Source: a virus. Taken from it: DNA of 11,149 bases. The DNA is taken from the UHGV virus genome UHGV-0098625; one strand, written 5' to 3'. Below are positions 1 to 7,036 of the stretch, in pieces; position 1 is the first letter of the stretch, and every line of letters begins with the position of its first letter. The position numbers and the translations under genes are program-made. The notes below the pieces were generated by a model. That model was not told where the DNA came from and ran no database searches. It worked only from the letters and a program-made list of their open reading frames with translations.

Positions 1-203
1 ATGGGGCCAACGCAGCCAAATGTGGAGTCAGACCATTTGGCATGCTCGTGGCGAACCCGCTCGCGTTCCAGTGAGGCGAGAGCGATTTTAAATGCTGTAA
101 GCATGTGTGCTTGATCGTTGTCGAGTCCGAATGGCATTTCATCTCGTGCTGACTCAATACTGGTAATCGTATTTTGTAGCCATTCCATGGTAAAAGTGCT
201 CAT
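1..203 (-). CDS. hypothetical protein, partial (3' end lies beyond the window start)
   Basis: ATG at 203..201 on the minus strand overlaps the stop of the upstream gene (ATGA). Hand translation gives MSTFTMEWLQNTITSIESARDEMPFGLDNDQAHMLTAFKIALASLERERVRHEHAKWSDSTFGCVGP with no stop before position 1. Not in the ORF track because it runs off the edge. Confidence 0.45.
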   Translation of the reverse strand, partial: MSTFTMEWLQNTITSIESARDEMPFGLDNDQAHMLTAFKIALASLERERVRHEHAKWSDSTFGCVGP

Positions 204-571
204 CGTAAAATATCCTCTATACTGGTAAGCCCTTCATTATTTAGCCAGATCATTGCGTCATCCGGCAACTTGCTGTCTGGTTTTGCGTTTTTGAGAGAGG
301 AACTCAGTCGCTTAATCCACATTGTCAGCTCAGTAATGCGCCTGTGTTTGCCTTCCAGCTCAACGCGCAGCCTCCCTACCGTTAGTGCAATATCCTCGTT
401 CTCCTTGTCGCGGCGTTTGACGTATTGCTGGTTTCTTTCCCGTTCATCCAGCAGTGCCAGCACAATCGATGGTGTTACCAGCTCATGGAAAAGGTCCGCG
501 TCAAATCCCCAGTTGTCATGCATTGCCTGCTCTGCCGCTTCACGCAGTGCCTGAGAGTTAATTTCGCTCAC
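200..571 (-). CDS. Ea22-like early-left region protein (123 aa)
   Basis: ORF track 200..571. The N-terminus MSEINSQALREAAEQAMHD.WGFDADLFHELVTPSIVL matches the ead/Ea22-like family as I recall it; the C-terminal half differs. The start codon is GTG (cac at 569..571), overlapping the TGA of the upstream gene. Confidence 0.6.
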   Translation of the reverse strand: MSEINSQALREAAEQAMHDNWGFDADLFHELVTPSIVLALLDERERNQQYVKRRDKENEDIALTVGRLRVELEGKHRRITELTMWIKRLSSSLKNAKPDSKLPDDAMIWLNNEGLTSIEDILR

Positions 572-789
572 TTCGAACCTCTCTGTTTACTGATAAGCTC
601 CAGAACTTCCTGGCAACTTGCACAAGTCCGACAACCCTGAACGGCCAGGCGTCTTCGCTCATCTATGGGATCGCCACACTCACAACAATGAGTGGCAGAT
701 ACAGTCTGGTAGTTCAGACGACGCATTTTTATTGCTGTATTGCGCTGTAATTCTTCGATTTCTGATGCTGAATCAATGATGTCTGCCAT
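568..789 (-). CDS. DksA/TraR-family C4 zinc-finger protein (73 aa)
   Basis: ORF track 568..789. Contains C35-x2-C38-x17-C56-x2-C59, the TraR/DksA C4 zinc-finger spacing. GGAAG-type RBS upstream of the ATG at 789. Confidence 0.7.
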   Translation of the reverse strand: MADIIDSASEIEELQRNTAIKMRRLNYQTVSATHCCECGDPIDERRRLAVQGCRTCASCQEVLELISKQRGSK

Positions 790-842
790 CTTCCATTAAT
801 CCCTGAATTGTTGGTTAATACGCTTGAGGGTGAATACGAATA

Positions 843-865
843 ATAAAAAAGGAGCCTGTAGCTCC
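843..865 (-). terminator. putative intrinsic terminator after the 103-aa gene
   Basis: Plus-strand ggagc-ctgta-gctcc at 851..865; on the minus strand the hairpin is followed by a T-run (rc of taataaaaaa at 841..850). Short 5-6 bp stem. Confidence 0.45.
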
Positions 866-887
866 CTGATGATTTTGCTTTTCATGT

Positions 888-1199
888 TCACCGTTCCTTA
901 AAGACGCCGTTTAACATGCCGATCGCCAGGCTTAAATGAGTCGGTGTGAATCCCATCAGCGTTACCGTTTCGCGGTGCTTCTTCAGTACGCTACGGCAAA
1001 TGTCATCGACGTTTTTATCCGGAAACTGCTGTCTGGCTTTTTTGATTTCAGAATTAGCCTGACGGGCAATGCTGCGAAGGGCGTTTTCTTGCTGAGGTGT
1101 CACTGAACAAGCCCCATGTCGGCAAGCATAAGCACACAGAATATGAAGCCCGCTGCCAGAAAAATGCATTCCGTGGTTGTCATACCTGGTCTCTCTCAT
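888..1199 (-). CDS. hypothetical protein in the orf61 position of the lambda map (103 aa; alternative start at 1169 gives 93 aa)
   Basis: ORF track 888..1199. Starting at 1199 overlaps the stop of the orf63-like gene by 20 nt, whereas the internal ATG at 1169 would not. No family recognised. Confidence 0.55.
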   Translation of the reverse strand: MRETRYDNHGMHFSGSGLHILCAYACRHGACSVTPQQENALRSIARQANSEIKKARQQFPDKNVDDICRSVLKKHRETVTLMGFTPTHLSLAIGMLNGVFKER

Positions 1200-1371
1200 C
1201 TGCTTCTGCTTTCGCCACCATCATTTCCAGCTTTTGTGAAAGGGATGTGGCTAACGTATGAAATTCTTCGTCTGTTTCTACTGGTATTGGCACAAACCTG
1301 ACTCCAATTTGAGCAAGGCTATGTGCCATCTCAATACTCGTTCTTAACTCAACAGGAGATGCTTTGTGCAT
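1180..1371 (-). CDS. lambda orf63-like protein (63 aa)
   Basis: ORF track. Sequence [23 protein letters not shown]...EMMVAKAEADE closely matches lambda orf63 as I recall it, and it sits in the expected place upstream of orf60a/exo. Confidence 0.75.
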   Translation of the reverse strand: MHKASPVELRTSIEMAHSLAQIGVRFVPIPVETDEEFHTLATSLSQKLEMMVAKAEADERDQV

Positions 1372-1532
1372 ACCGCCTCCCGTTTATTATTTATCTTCTC
1401 AGCCAGCCGCTGTGCTTTCAGGGGATTTCGGATAACAGAAAGGCCGGGAAATACCCAGCCTCGCTTTGTAACGGAGTAGACGAAAGTGATCGCGCCTACC
1501 CGGATATTATCGTGAGGATGCTTCATCGCCAT
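1344..1532 (-). CDS. lambda orf60a-like protein (62 aa)
   Basis: ORF track. [60 protein letters not shown] matches lambda orf60a from memory; overlaps the exo stop. Confidence 0.8.
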   Translation of the reverse strand: MAMKHPHDNIRVGAITFVYSVTKRGWVFPGLSVIRNPLKAQRLAEKINNKREAVCTKHLLLS

Positions 1533-2203
1533 TGCTCCCCAAATACAAAACCAATTTCAGCCAGTGCCTCGTCCATTTTTTCGATGAACTCCGGCACCAT
1601 CTCGTCAAAACTCGCCATGTACTTTTCATCCCGCTCAACCACGACATAATGCAGTCCTTCACGCTTCATACGCGGGTCATAGTTGGCAAAGTACCAGGCA
1701 TCTTTTCGCGTCACCCACATGCTGTACTGCACCTGGGCCATGTAAGCCGACTTTATGGCCTCGAAACCACCGAGCCGGAACTTCATGAAATCCCGGGAGG
1801 TAAACGGGCATTTCAGCTCAAGGCCATTGCCGTCACTGCATAAACCATCGGGAGAGCAGGCGGTGCGCATACTTTCGTCGCGATAGATGATCGGGGATTC
1901 AGTAACATTCACGCCGGAAGTAAACTCAAACAGGGCTCTGGCGTCGTTCTCGTACTGTTTTCCCCAGGCCAGCGCCTTAGCGTTAACTTCCGGAGCCACA
2001 CCGGTGCAAACCTCAGCAAGCAGGGTGTGGAAGTAGGACATTTTCATGTCAGGCCATTTCTTTCCGGAGCGGGGTTTTGCTATCACGTTGTGAACTTCTG
2101 AAGCGGTGATGACGCCGAGCCGTAATTTGTGCCATGCATCATCCCCCTGTTCGACAGCTCTCACGTCGATCCCGGTACGCTGCAGGATAATGTCCGGTGT
2201 CAT
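1523..2203 (-). CDS. exo: lambda exonuclease (Red-alpha), 226 aa
   Basis: ORF track. [69 protein letters not shown]... is essentially lambda Exo. ATGA overlap with the bet stop at 2200..2203. Confidence 0.97.
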   Translation of the reverse strand: MTPDIILQRTGIDVRAVEQGDDAWHKLRLGVITASEVHNVIAKPRSGKKWPDMKMSYFHTLLAEVCTGVAPEVNAKALAWGKQYENDARALFEFTSGVNVTESPIIYRDESMRTACSPDGLCSDGNGLELKCPFTSRDFMKFRLGGFEAIKSAYMAQVQYSMWVTRKDAWYFANYDPRMKREGLHYVVVERDEKYMASFDEMVPEFIEKMDEALAEIGFVFGEQWR

Positions 2204-2985
2204 GCTGCCACCTTCTGCTCAGTGGCTTTCTGTTTCAGGAATCCAAGAGCTTTCACTGCTTCGGCCTGTGTCAGTTCTGACGATGCGCGAATGTCGCGGC
2301 GAAATATCTGGGAACAGAGCGGCAATAAGTCGTCATCCCATGTTTTATCCAGGGCGATCAGCAGAGTGTTAATCTCCTGCATGGTTTCATCGTTAACCGG
2401 AGTGATGTCGCGTTCCGGCTGACGTTCTGCAGTGTATGCGGTATTTTCGACAATGCGCTCGGCTTCATCCTTGTCATAGATACCAGCAAATCCGAAGGCC
2501 AGACGGGCACACTGAATCATGGCTTTATGCCGTAACATCCGTTTGGGATGCGACTGCCACGGCCCCGTGATTTCTCTGCCTTCGCGAGTTTTGAATGGTT
2601 CGCGGCGGCATTCATCCATCCATTCGGTAACGCAGATCGGATGATTACGGTCTTTGCGGTAAATCCGGCATGTACAGGATTCATTGTCCTGCTCAAAGTC
2701 CATGCCATCAAACTGCTGGTTTTCATTGATGATGCGGGACCAGCCATCAACGCCCACCACCGGAACAATGCCGTTCTGCTTATCAGGGAAGGCGTAAATT
2801 TCTTTCGTCCACGGATTAAGGCCGTACTGGTTGGCGACGATCAACAATGCGATGAACTGCGCATCGCTGGCATCACCTTTAAATGCCGTCTGGCGAAGAG
2901 TGGTGATCAGTTCCTGTGGGTCGACAGAATCCATGCCGACACGTTCAGCCAGCTTCCCTGCCAGCGTTGCGAGTGCTGTACTCAT
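2200..2985 (-). CDS. bet: Red-beta single-strand annealing protein, 261 aa
   Basis: ORF track. [261 protein letters not shown] matches lambda Bet. Confidence 0.97.
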   Translation of the reverse strand: MSTALATLAGKLAERVGMDSVDPQELITTLRQTAFKGDASDAQFIALLIVANQYGLNPWTKEIYAFPDKQNGIVPVVGVDGWSRIINENQQFDGMDFEQDNESCTCRIYRKDRNHPICVTEWMDECRREPFKTREGREITGPWQSHPKRMLRHKAMIQCARLAFGFAGIYDKDEAERIVENTAYTAERQPERDITPVNDETMQEINTLLIALDKTWDDDLLPLCSQIFRRDIRASSELTQAEAVKALGFLKQKATEQKVAA

Positions 2986-2990
2986 CCGTT

Positions 2991-3287
2991 TTATACCTCT
3001 GAATCAATATCAGCCTGATGGTGAGCAATGGTTTCAACTATGTACCGGATGTGTTCTGCCATGCGCTCCTGAAACTCAACATCGTCATCAAACGCACGGG
3101 TAATGGCTTTTTTGCTGGCCCCGTGGCGTTGCAAATGATCGATGCATAGCGATTCAAACAGGTGCTGGGGCAGGCCTTTTTCCATGTCGTCTGCCAGTTC
3201 TGCCTCTTTCTCTTCACGGGCGATCTGCTGGTAGTGACGCGCCCAGCTCTGAGCCTCAAGACGATCCTGAATGTAATAAGCGTTCAT
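2991..3287 (-). CDS. gam: Gam, RecBCD inhibitor (98-aa short form)
   Basis: ORF track. [94 protein letters not shown] matches lambda GamS. The upstream frame closes at a stop (3342..3344) with no in-frame ATG, so no long form is encoded. Confidence 0.95.
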   Translation of the reverse strand: MNAYYIQDRLEAQSWARHYQQIAREEKEAELADDMEKGLPQHLFESLCIDHLQRHGASKKAITRAFDDDVEFQERMAEHIRYIVETIAHHQADIDSEV

Positions 3288-3362
3288 GGCTGAACTCCTG
3301 AAAATGGCTGTGAAAATATCGCCCGCGAAATGCCAGGCTGATTAGGAAAACAGGAAAGGGGG

Positions 3363-3506
3363 TTAGTGAATGCTTTTGCTTGATCTCAGTTTCAGTATTA
3401 ATATCCATTTTTTATAAGCGTCGACGGCCTCACGAAACATCTTTTCATCGCCAATAAAAGTGGCGATAGTGAATTTAGTCTGGATAGCCATAATTGTTTG
3501 ATCCAT
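3363..3506 (-). CDS. kil: Kil host-killing / FtsZ-inhibiting protein, 47 aa
   Basis: Internal Met of track ORF 3363..3632: [47 protein letters not shown], which matches lambda Kil. GGAG about 10 nt upstream of the ATG at 3506. The 89-aa extended frame is not used. Confidence 0.9.
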   Translation of the reverse strand: MDQTIMAIQTKFTIATFIGDEKMFREAVDAYKKWILILKLRSSKSIH

Positions 3507-3639
3507 TTTTTGGGACTCCTGGCTGATTAAGTATGTCGATAAGGCGTTTCCATCCGTCACGTAATTTACGGGTGATTCGTTCAAGTAAAGATTCGGAAGG
3601 GCAGCCAGCAACAGGCCACCCTGCAATGGCATATTGCAT
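3475..3639 (-). CDS. cIII: CIII, FtsH protease inhibitor that stabilises CII, 54 aa
   Basis: Absent from the ORF track (too short). Hand translation from the ATG at 3639 gives [54 protein letters not shown], stop at 3475..3477, AGGAG RBS upstream. Matches lambda CIII and overlaps the kil start in another frame, as in lambda. Confidence 0.9.
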   Translation of the reverse strand: MQYAIAGWPVAGCPSESLLERITRKLRDGWKRLIDILNQPGVPKNGSNNYGYPD

Positions 3640-3711
3640 GGTGTGCTCCTTATTTATACATAACGAAAAACGCCTCGAGTGAAGCGTAATTGGTATGCGG
3701 TAACGCCGCGC

Positions 3712-4080
3712 TCAGGCGGCCTTGATAGTCATATCATCTGAATCAAATATTCCTGATGTATCGATATCGGTAATTCTTATTCCTTCACTACCATCCATTG
3801 GAGGCCATCCTTCCTGACCATTTCCATCATTCCAGTCGAACTCACACACAACACCATATGCATTTAAGTCGCTTGAAATTGCTATAAGCAGAGCATGTTG
3901 CGCCAGCATGATTAATACAGCATTTAATACAGAGCCGTGTTTATTGAGTCGGTATTCAGAGTCTGACCAGAAATTATTAATCTGGTGAAGTTTTTCCTCT
4001 GTCATTACGTCATGGTCAATTTCAATTTCTATTGATGCTTTCCAGTCGTAATCAATGATGTATTTTTTGATGTTTGACAT
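3712..4080 (-). CDS. ea10: Ea10-like protein (lambda ea10/ssb position), 122 aa
   Basis: ORF track. Size, position between cIII and the N-proximal insert, and sequence (MSNIKKYIIDYDWKASIEIEIDHDVMTEEKLHQINNFWSDSEY...) fit lambda Ea10 as I recall it. GAGGAT RBS upstream of the ATG at 4080. Confidence 0.8.
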   Translation of the reverse strand: MSNIKKYIIDYDWKASIEIEIDHDVMTEEKLHQINNFWSDSEYRLNKHGSVLNAVLIMLAQHALLIAISSDLNAYGVVCEFDWNDGNGQEGWPPMDGSEGIRITDIDTSGIFDSDDMTIKAA

Positions 4081-4100
4081 CTATTCATATCCTCATAGAT

Positions 4101-4126
4101 AAAAAATCGCCCTCACACTGGAGGGC
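4101..4126 (-). terminator. intrinsic terminator in the pL operon (tL2-like), just upstream of ea10
   Basis: Plus-strand gccctc-acactg-gagggc at 4109..4126 preceded by aaaaaatc at 4101..4108. On the minus strand this is a GC-rich 6-bp stem followed by GATTTTTTAT. Confidence 0.55.
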
Positions 4127-4232
4127 AAAGAAGATTTCCAATAATCAGAACAAGTCGGCTCCTGTTTAGTTACGAGCGACATTGCTCAGTGTATTCACTC
4201 GTTGGAATGAATACACAGTGCTTATTCGCAGC

Positions 4233-4559
4233 CTACATAATCATTCCGGTTATTATTACCATTTCAATATCACTATCTTTCATAATGATTGGAGTTGAGT
4301 TATCAACTTTACTTTTACTCCATTTTCCTGCATCAGTTTTTACCGCTCCACAATAAGAAAGCCAATCATCATCACAATGTTCTGGAACACTAATTCTGAC
4401 AAGAACTCGTGATAGTGCTTTTTCGATACTTTCATCGCAATTAGCATTTGTGTAATTGCCGTGAGACAATTTCAAATCGTTAACTTCATCTTCATTGGCA
4501 TCAAAAATATAGATTTCAGTCGACTCTGGAACATTTTCATAAACCATTAAAACTTTCAT
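4233..4559 (-). CDS. hypothetical acidic protein, 108 aa (the track's 129-aa ORF begins at an upstream ATG at 4622)
   Basis: ORF track 4233..4622. Preferred start is the ATG at 4559 (MKVLMVYENVPESTEIY...), with GGGG 5 nt upstream and no overlap with the preceding gene. Rich in D/E; AT-rich DNA. No family recognised. Confidence 0.55.
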   Translation of the reverse strand: MKVLMVYENVPESTEIYIFDANEDEVNDLKLSHGNYTNANCDESIEKALSRVLVRISVPEHCDDDWLSYCGAVKTDAGKWSKSKVDNSTPIIMKDSDIEMVIITGMIM

Positions 4560-4606
4560 TTTTACCCCATATTGTTTATGCCAAAAATAAAGGCCGACTA
4601 TGCGTC

Positions 4607-5077
4607 CTAGTAGAATACCCAATTTTCTGTTTCTTGGTTGTGTCCAAAGTTATATTCAATATCTGGTGTTGATGTATCAATATTCTTCATCCCATCAACA
4701 AGAGTTGATACAACAGCCAAATCTTGTTTGATTCTCATTAAATGGTATTTCTTCCGGCGCAATAAACTTTCAATGGCAAGTTTCTTCGTTGGGAATGCAA
4801 AAGATCTTTCTGCATTTTTTGCTACTTTCTTAATTGCATATCTATTTCTCCTTTGTTTCCATTCCTGTAACCACTGATTTGGTACTGGTTTAAAATTAAC
4901 AATCCAATGCGCAGGAACCAACCATGCATAATGGTCTGTCTGATGAAAAGCTATATATTGAAGTGCGAATATTTTTATCCCATCTTCTTCAACTGTCGCC
5001 TGGAATCTCCAGAAAACAGGCATTCCATCATGTTCAGTTTCTGATTCAGGAAAAGGTACGCTCCATGATTTTGTCAT
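4607..5077 (-). CDS. hypothetical protein, 156 aa (basic C-terminal half)
   Basis: ORF track. GAGGTGA RBS immediately upstream of the ATG at 5077. AT-rich DNA. No family recognised. Confidence 0.6.
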   Translation of the reverse strand: MTKSWSVPFPESETEHDGMPVFWRFQATVEEDGIKIFALQYIAFHQTDHYAWLVPAHWIVNFKPVPNQWLQEWKQRRNRYAIKKVAKNAERSFAFPTKKLAIESLLRRKKYHLMRIKQDLAVVSTLVDGMKNIDTSTPDIEYNFGHNQETENWVFY

Positions 5078-5131
5078 ATCTCACCTCAAATAAGTGGTTT
5101 GCTGCGAAAATAAATCCGCTTAAGTTACCTG

Positions 5132-5269
5132 TTATTTATCCCACCAAGTTCCGCATCTATCTATCCAGTTACACCAATCATCGACACTCCATTTTGTTGT
5201 GTCGCATTTTGGCAACTGGCATGAATATCTACCTTCTTTGTAAAGTCGGCGTTTGACTGTCTTGAGCAT
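5132..5269 (-). CDS. putative small Cys/Trp-rich protein, 45 aa
   Basis: Absent from the ORF track. ATG at 5269 preceded by GAGGTGAG, which overlaps the N stop. Hand translation: MLKTVKRRLYKEGRYSCQLPKCDTTKWSVDDWCNWIDRCGTWWDK, stop at 5132..5134. Cysteines at 17, 22, 33, 39 and six Trp. Confidence 0.4.
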   Translation of the reverse strand: MLKTVKRRLYKEGRYSCQLPKCDTTKWSVDDWCNWIDRCGTWWDK

Positions 5270-5277
5270 GGCTCACC

Positions 5278-5610
5278 TCAATCGTAATAAGCTGGAATTG
5301 ATTTTCCGCGTTGCTTCTGGCGGCCTGAGCAAGTCACACCCATTTCACTGCGTGGCTTGCTGTACCATGTGCGCTGATTCTTGCGCTCAATACGCTGCAG
5401 GTTGCTTTCAATCTGTTCGTGGTATTCAGCCAGCACTGTAAGGTCTATCGGATTCAGTGCGCTTTCTACTCGTGATTTCGGTTTGCGATTCAGCGAGAGA
5501 ATAGGGCGGTTAACTGGTTTTGCGCTTACCCCAACCAACAGGGGATTTGCTGCTTTCCATTGAGCCTGTTTCTCTGCGCGACGTTCGCGGCGGCGTGTTT
5601 GTGCATCCAT
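5278..5610 (-). CDS. N: antitermination protein N, 110 aa
   Basis: ORF track. MDAQTRRRERRAEKQAQWKAANPLLVGVSAKPVNRPILSLNRKPKSRVESALNPIDLTVLAEYH.QIESNLQRIERKNQRTWYSKP matches lambda N (arginine-rich N-terminal motif); the C-terminal roughly 25 residues diverge. AGGAG RBS upstream of the ATG at 5610. Confidence 0.93.
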   Translation of the reverse strand: MDAQTRRRERRAEKQAQWKAANPLLVGVSAKPVNRPILSLNRKPKSRVESALNPIDLTVLAEYHEQIESNLQRIERKNQRTWYSKPRSEMGVTCSGRQKQRGKSIPAYYD

Positions 5611-5808
5611 CTGGATTCTCCTGTCAGTTAGCTTTGGTGATTGGATGGCCGGCGCTGAACCCCGGCTTACTGGTTAGAGCGCCCGCACTACCAGTGACGC
5701 TGTCTTGAGGCGCAGATTGGTTACTGCTTGCCATGAGCGCTGTTTATACATTGGTCGAGCATCAGCCTGCTCATTCATCCAATCCCAAAGCCTTCTGCTT
5801 TGAATGCT

Positions 5809-5839
5809 ACCCTTCTTCAGGGCTTAATTTTTAAGAGCG
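5809..5839 (-). promoter_or_regulatory. nutL (boxA + boxB) N-utilisation site
   Basis: Minus strand reads CGCTCTTAAAAATTAA (boxA, 5839..5824) followed by GCCCTGAAGAAGGGT (boxB, 5823..5809). Matches lambda nutL except the last boxB base, which gives a G-U closing pair. Confidence 0.85.
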
Positions 5840-5878
5840 TCACCTTCATGGTGGTCAGTGCGTCCTGCTGATGTGCTT

Positions 5879-5941
5879 AGTATCACCGCCAGTGGTATTT
5901 ATGTCAACACCGCCAGAGATAATTTATCACCGCAGATGGTT
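5879..5941 (-). promoter_or_regulatory. pL promoter with operators OL1, OL2, OL3
   Basis: OL1 tatcaccgccagtggta 5881..5897, OL2 caacaccgccagagata 5905..5921 and OL3 tatcaccgcagatggtt 5925..5941 are identical to lambda OL sites as recalled. Minus-strand -35 TTGACA (5907..5902) and -10 GATACT (5884..5879) with 17-bp spacing. Confidence 0.9.
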
Positions 5942-6090
5942 ATCTGTATGTTTTTTATATAGATTTATTTTTTGCAGGGTTGTGTGGATTGGGAAGGTGA
6001 TCGAGAGATCTGAATTGCGATGTTTAGTGAGTTGTATCTATTAATTTTGAAATAAATACAATTGGTTATGCGTTTTTTGGGGGGCGTTAG

Positions 6091-6120
6091 GCAAAGAAAA
6101 CCCGGCGCAGATGCCGGGTT
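6091..6120 (-). terminator. intrinsic terminator downstream of the rex-slot gene (timm-like)
   Basis: Minus-strand RNA AACCCGGC-AUCUGC-GCCGGGUU followed by UUCUUUG. On the plus strand the same hairpin is followed by GUGGUGG, so it is unidirectional. Confidence 0.7.
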
Positions 6121-6130
6121 GTGGTGGAGA

Positions 6131-7036
6131 TCAATGCTTATTTGGGAGTGCTGGTTTTTTTATCGACTCTAATAGCTCGGAGGCGTTACTAATCTTTTTG
6201 TTCCCAAGGTAATTTGGCAGTTTTTCCATTGCGTAATTATCGTGTAGCCATTTTCTGAACACGCCAAGTGCCTCAATAGGATAAATCCAAGCTGTTATAT
6301 GCTTATTTGCAGCTGACTGCCTGTAATTTTCGGGGAATAAATGTGGGTACTGCACCCTTTCCCCGAATTTCTCAGATAGCCCATTAGCTGTCCAATACTT
6401 TCCCCAGTGAATTCCAACACTTCCATCCAAAGATGTGGTGTCATCCATTGGGAATCCTCCTCCGATCAGGTTCATGGCAATGTCAGCTATCTCTCTGAAT
6501 ACTGCAAAATGAGTTGTCGGTATCTGATCGTTTAGCTTAATCCTTGCTCTATAGTTCTCGAATGAGATATCTATTGAAGCATTTGGGTTGTAATTTGACT
6601 TTTCATAAATCATTCGCTTAAGCGTGTACTCAGCCAAGCGAACAAAATTACCTATTGCGACTGACCTATCAAAATTGGTGGCATCTAGAGCGTAGTAACG
6701 GAGGATAGCCATGCAAACATAGTCAGGATAAGCATGAGTTTCCACGTTTGAGCTATTTAAAACGCGAGTGTATAGCTTTTCGACGTTATGAAACCCTTTC
6801 TCAGCTAAATACGCAGCTACTTTTTGACCTCTGGGTTTGTTTTTCTCTGTGTTCCAGTTTGATGTGAACACCCTCAGTGGCGTGTCATCAATGCCGCATA
6901 ACTTTGCGAGACCGTAGAGAGTTAGGTAAGGAGTTCCATCATTGAGAACGCCCATAGGAATATCATCAGAAACAACCTCTACTACAGGGAAAAGCTGCAT
7001 TTGATGCAGGGATTCGCTATTGCTGTTAATCGACAT
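6131..7036 (-). CDS. hypothetical 301-aa protein in the rexA/rexB position; candidate phage-exclusion / abortive-infection protein
   Basis: ORF track. ATG at 7036 with AAGGAAA RBS; lies 86 nt downstream of the cI stop on the same strand and is followed by the terminator at 6091..6120. AT-rich relative to cI, N and exo/bet. The N-terminal segment (LFPVVEVVSDDIPMGVLNDGTPYLTLYGLAKLCGID) resembles KilA-N/Bro-N-type domains by eye. Function inferred from position only. Confidence 0.85.
   Translation of the reverse strand: MSINSNSESLHQMQLFPVVEVVSDDIPMGVLNDGTPYLTLYGLAKLCGIDDTPLRVFTSNWNTEKNKPRGQKVAAYLAEKGFHNVEKLYTRVLNSSNVETHAYPDYVCMAILRYYALDATNFDRSVAIGNFVRLAEYTLKRMIYEKSNYNPNASIDISFENYRARIKLNDQIPTTHFAVFREIADIAMNLIGGGFPMDDTTSLDGSVGIHWGKYWTANGLSEKFGERVQYPHLFPENYRQSAANKHITAWIYPIEALGVFRKWLHDNYAMEKLPNYLGNKKISNASELLESIKKPALPNKH

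Noticed and set aside
270-640. Plus-strand ORFs of 94 and 71 aa
   Set aside because: Antisense to the Ea22-like and DksA-like genes; Ser/Cys-rich low-complexity translations typical of shadow ORFs.
1116-1843. Plus-strand ORFs of 61, 108 and 103 aa
   Set aside because: Antisense to the orf63-like, orf60a-like and exo genes.
2106-2422. Plus-strand ORFs of 88 and 97 aa
   Set aside because: Antisense to the exo/bet junction; out-of-frame shadow ORFs.
2517-2768. 83-aa minus-strand ORF
   Set aside because: Same strand as bet but in another frame, fully inside bet.
2548-3018. 156-aa plus-strand ORF
   Set aside because: Entirely antisense to bet and the gam end, which are confidently identified; no RBS.
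3038-3259. 73-aa minus-strand ORF
   Set aside because: Alternative frame inside gam.
3363-3632. 89-aa extended ORF in the track (MPLQGG...)
   Set aside because: Its C-terminal 47 residues are Kil, which starts at an internal Met with its own GGAG RBS. The upstream part overlaps the cIII coding sequence in a different frame, so the extension is not a real protein.
4638-4877. 79-aa plus-strand ORF
   Set aside because: Antisense to the 156-aa minus-strand gene, which has a strong RBS and fits the operon direction.
4924-5708. Plus-strand ORFs of 110, 62, 60 and 62 aa
   Set aside because: Antisense to the 156-aa gene, the small Cys-rich ORF and N; this region is transcribed leftward from pL.
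5941-6090. AT-rich non-coding stretch between OL3 and the rex-slot terminator, examined for a small RNA or mobile-element end
   Set aside because: No convincing promoter-plus-terminator pair, ORF or terminal inverted repeat found by eye; treated as an intergenic spacer.
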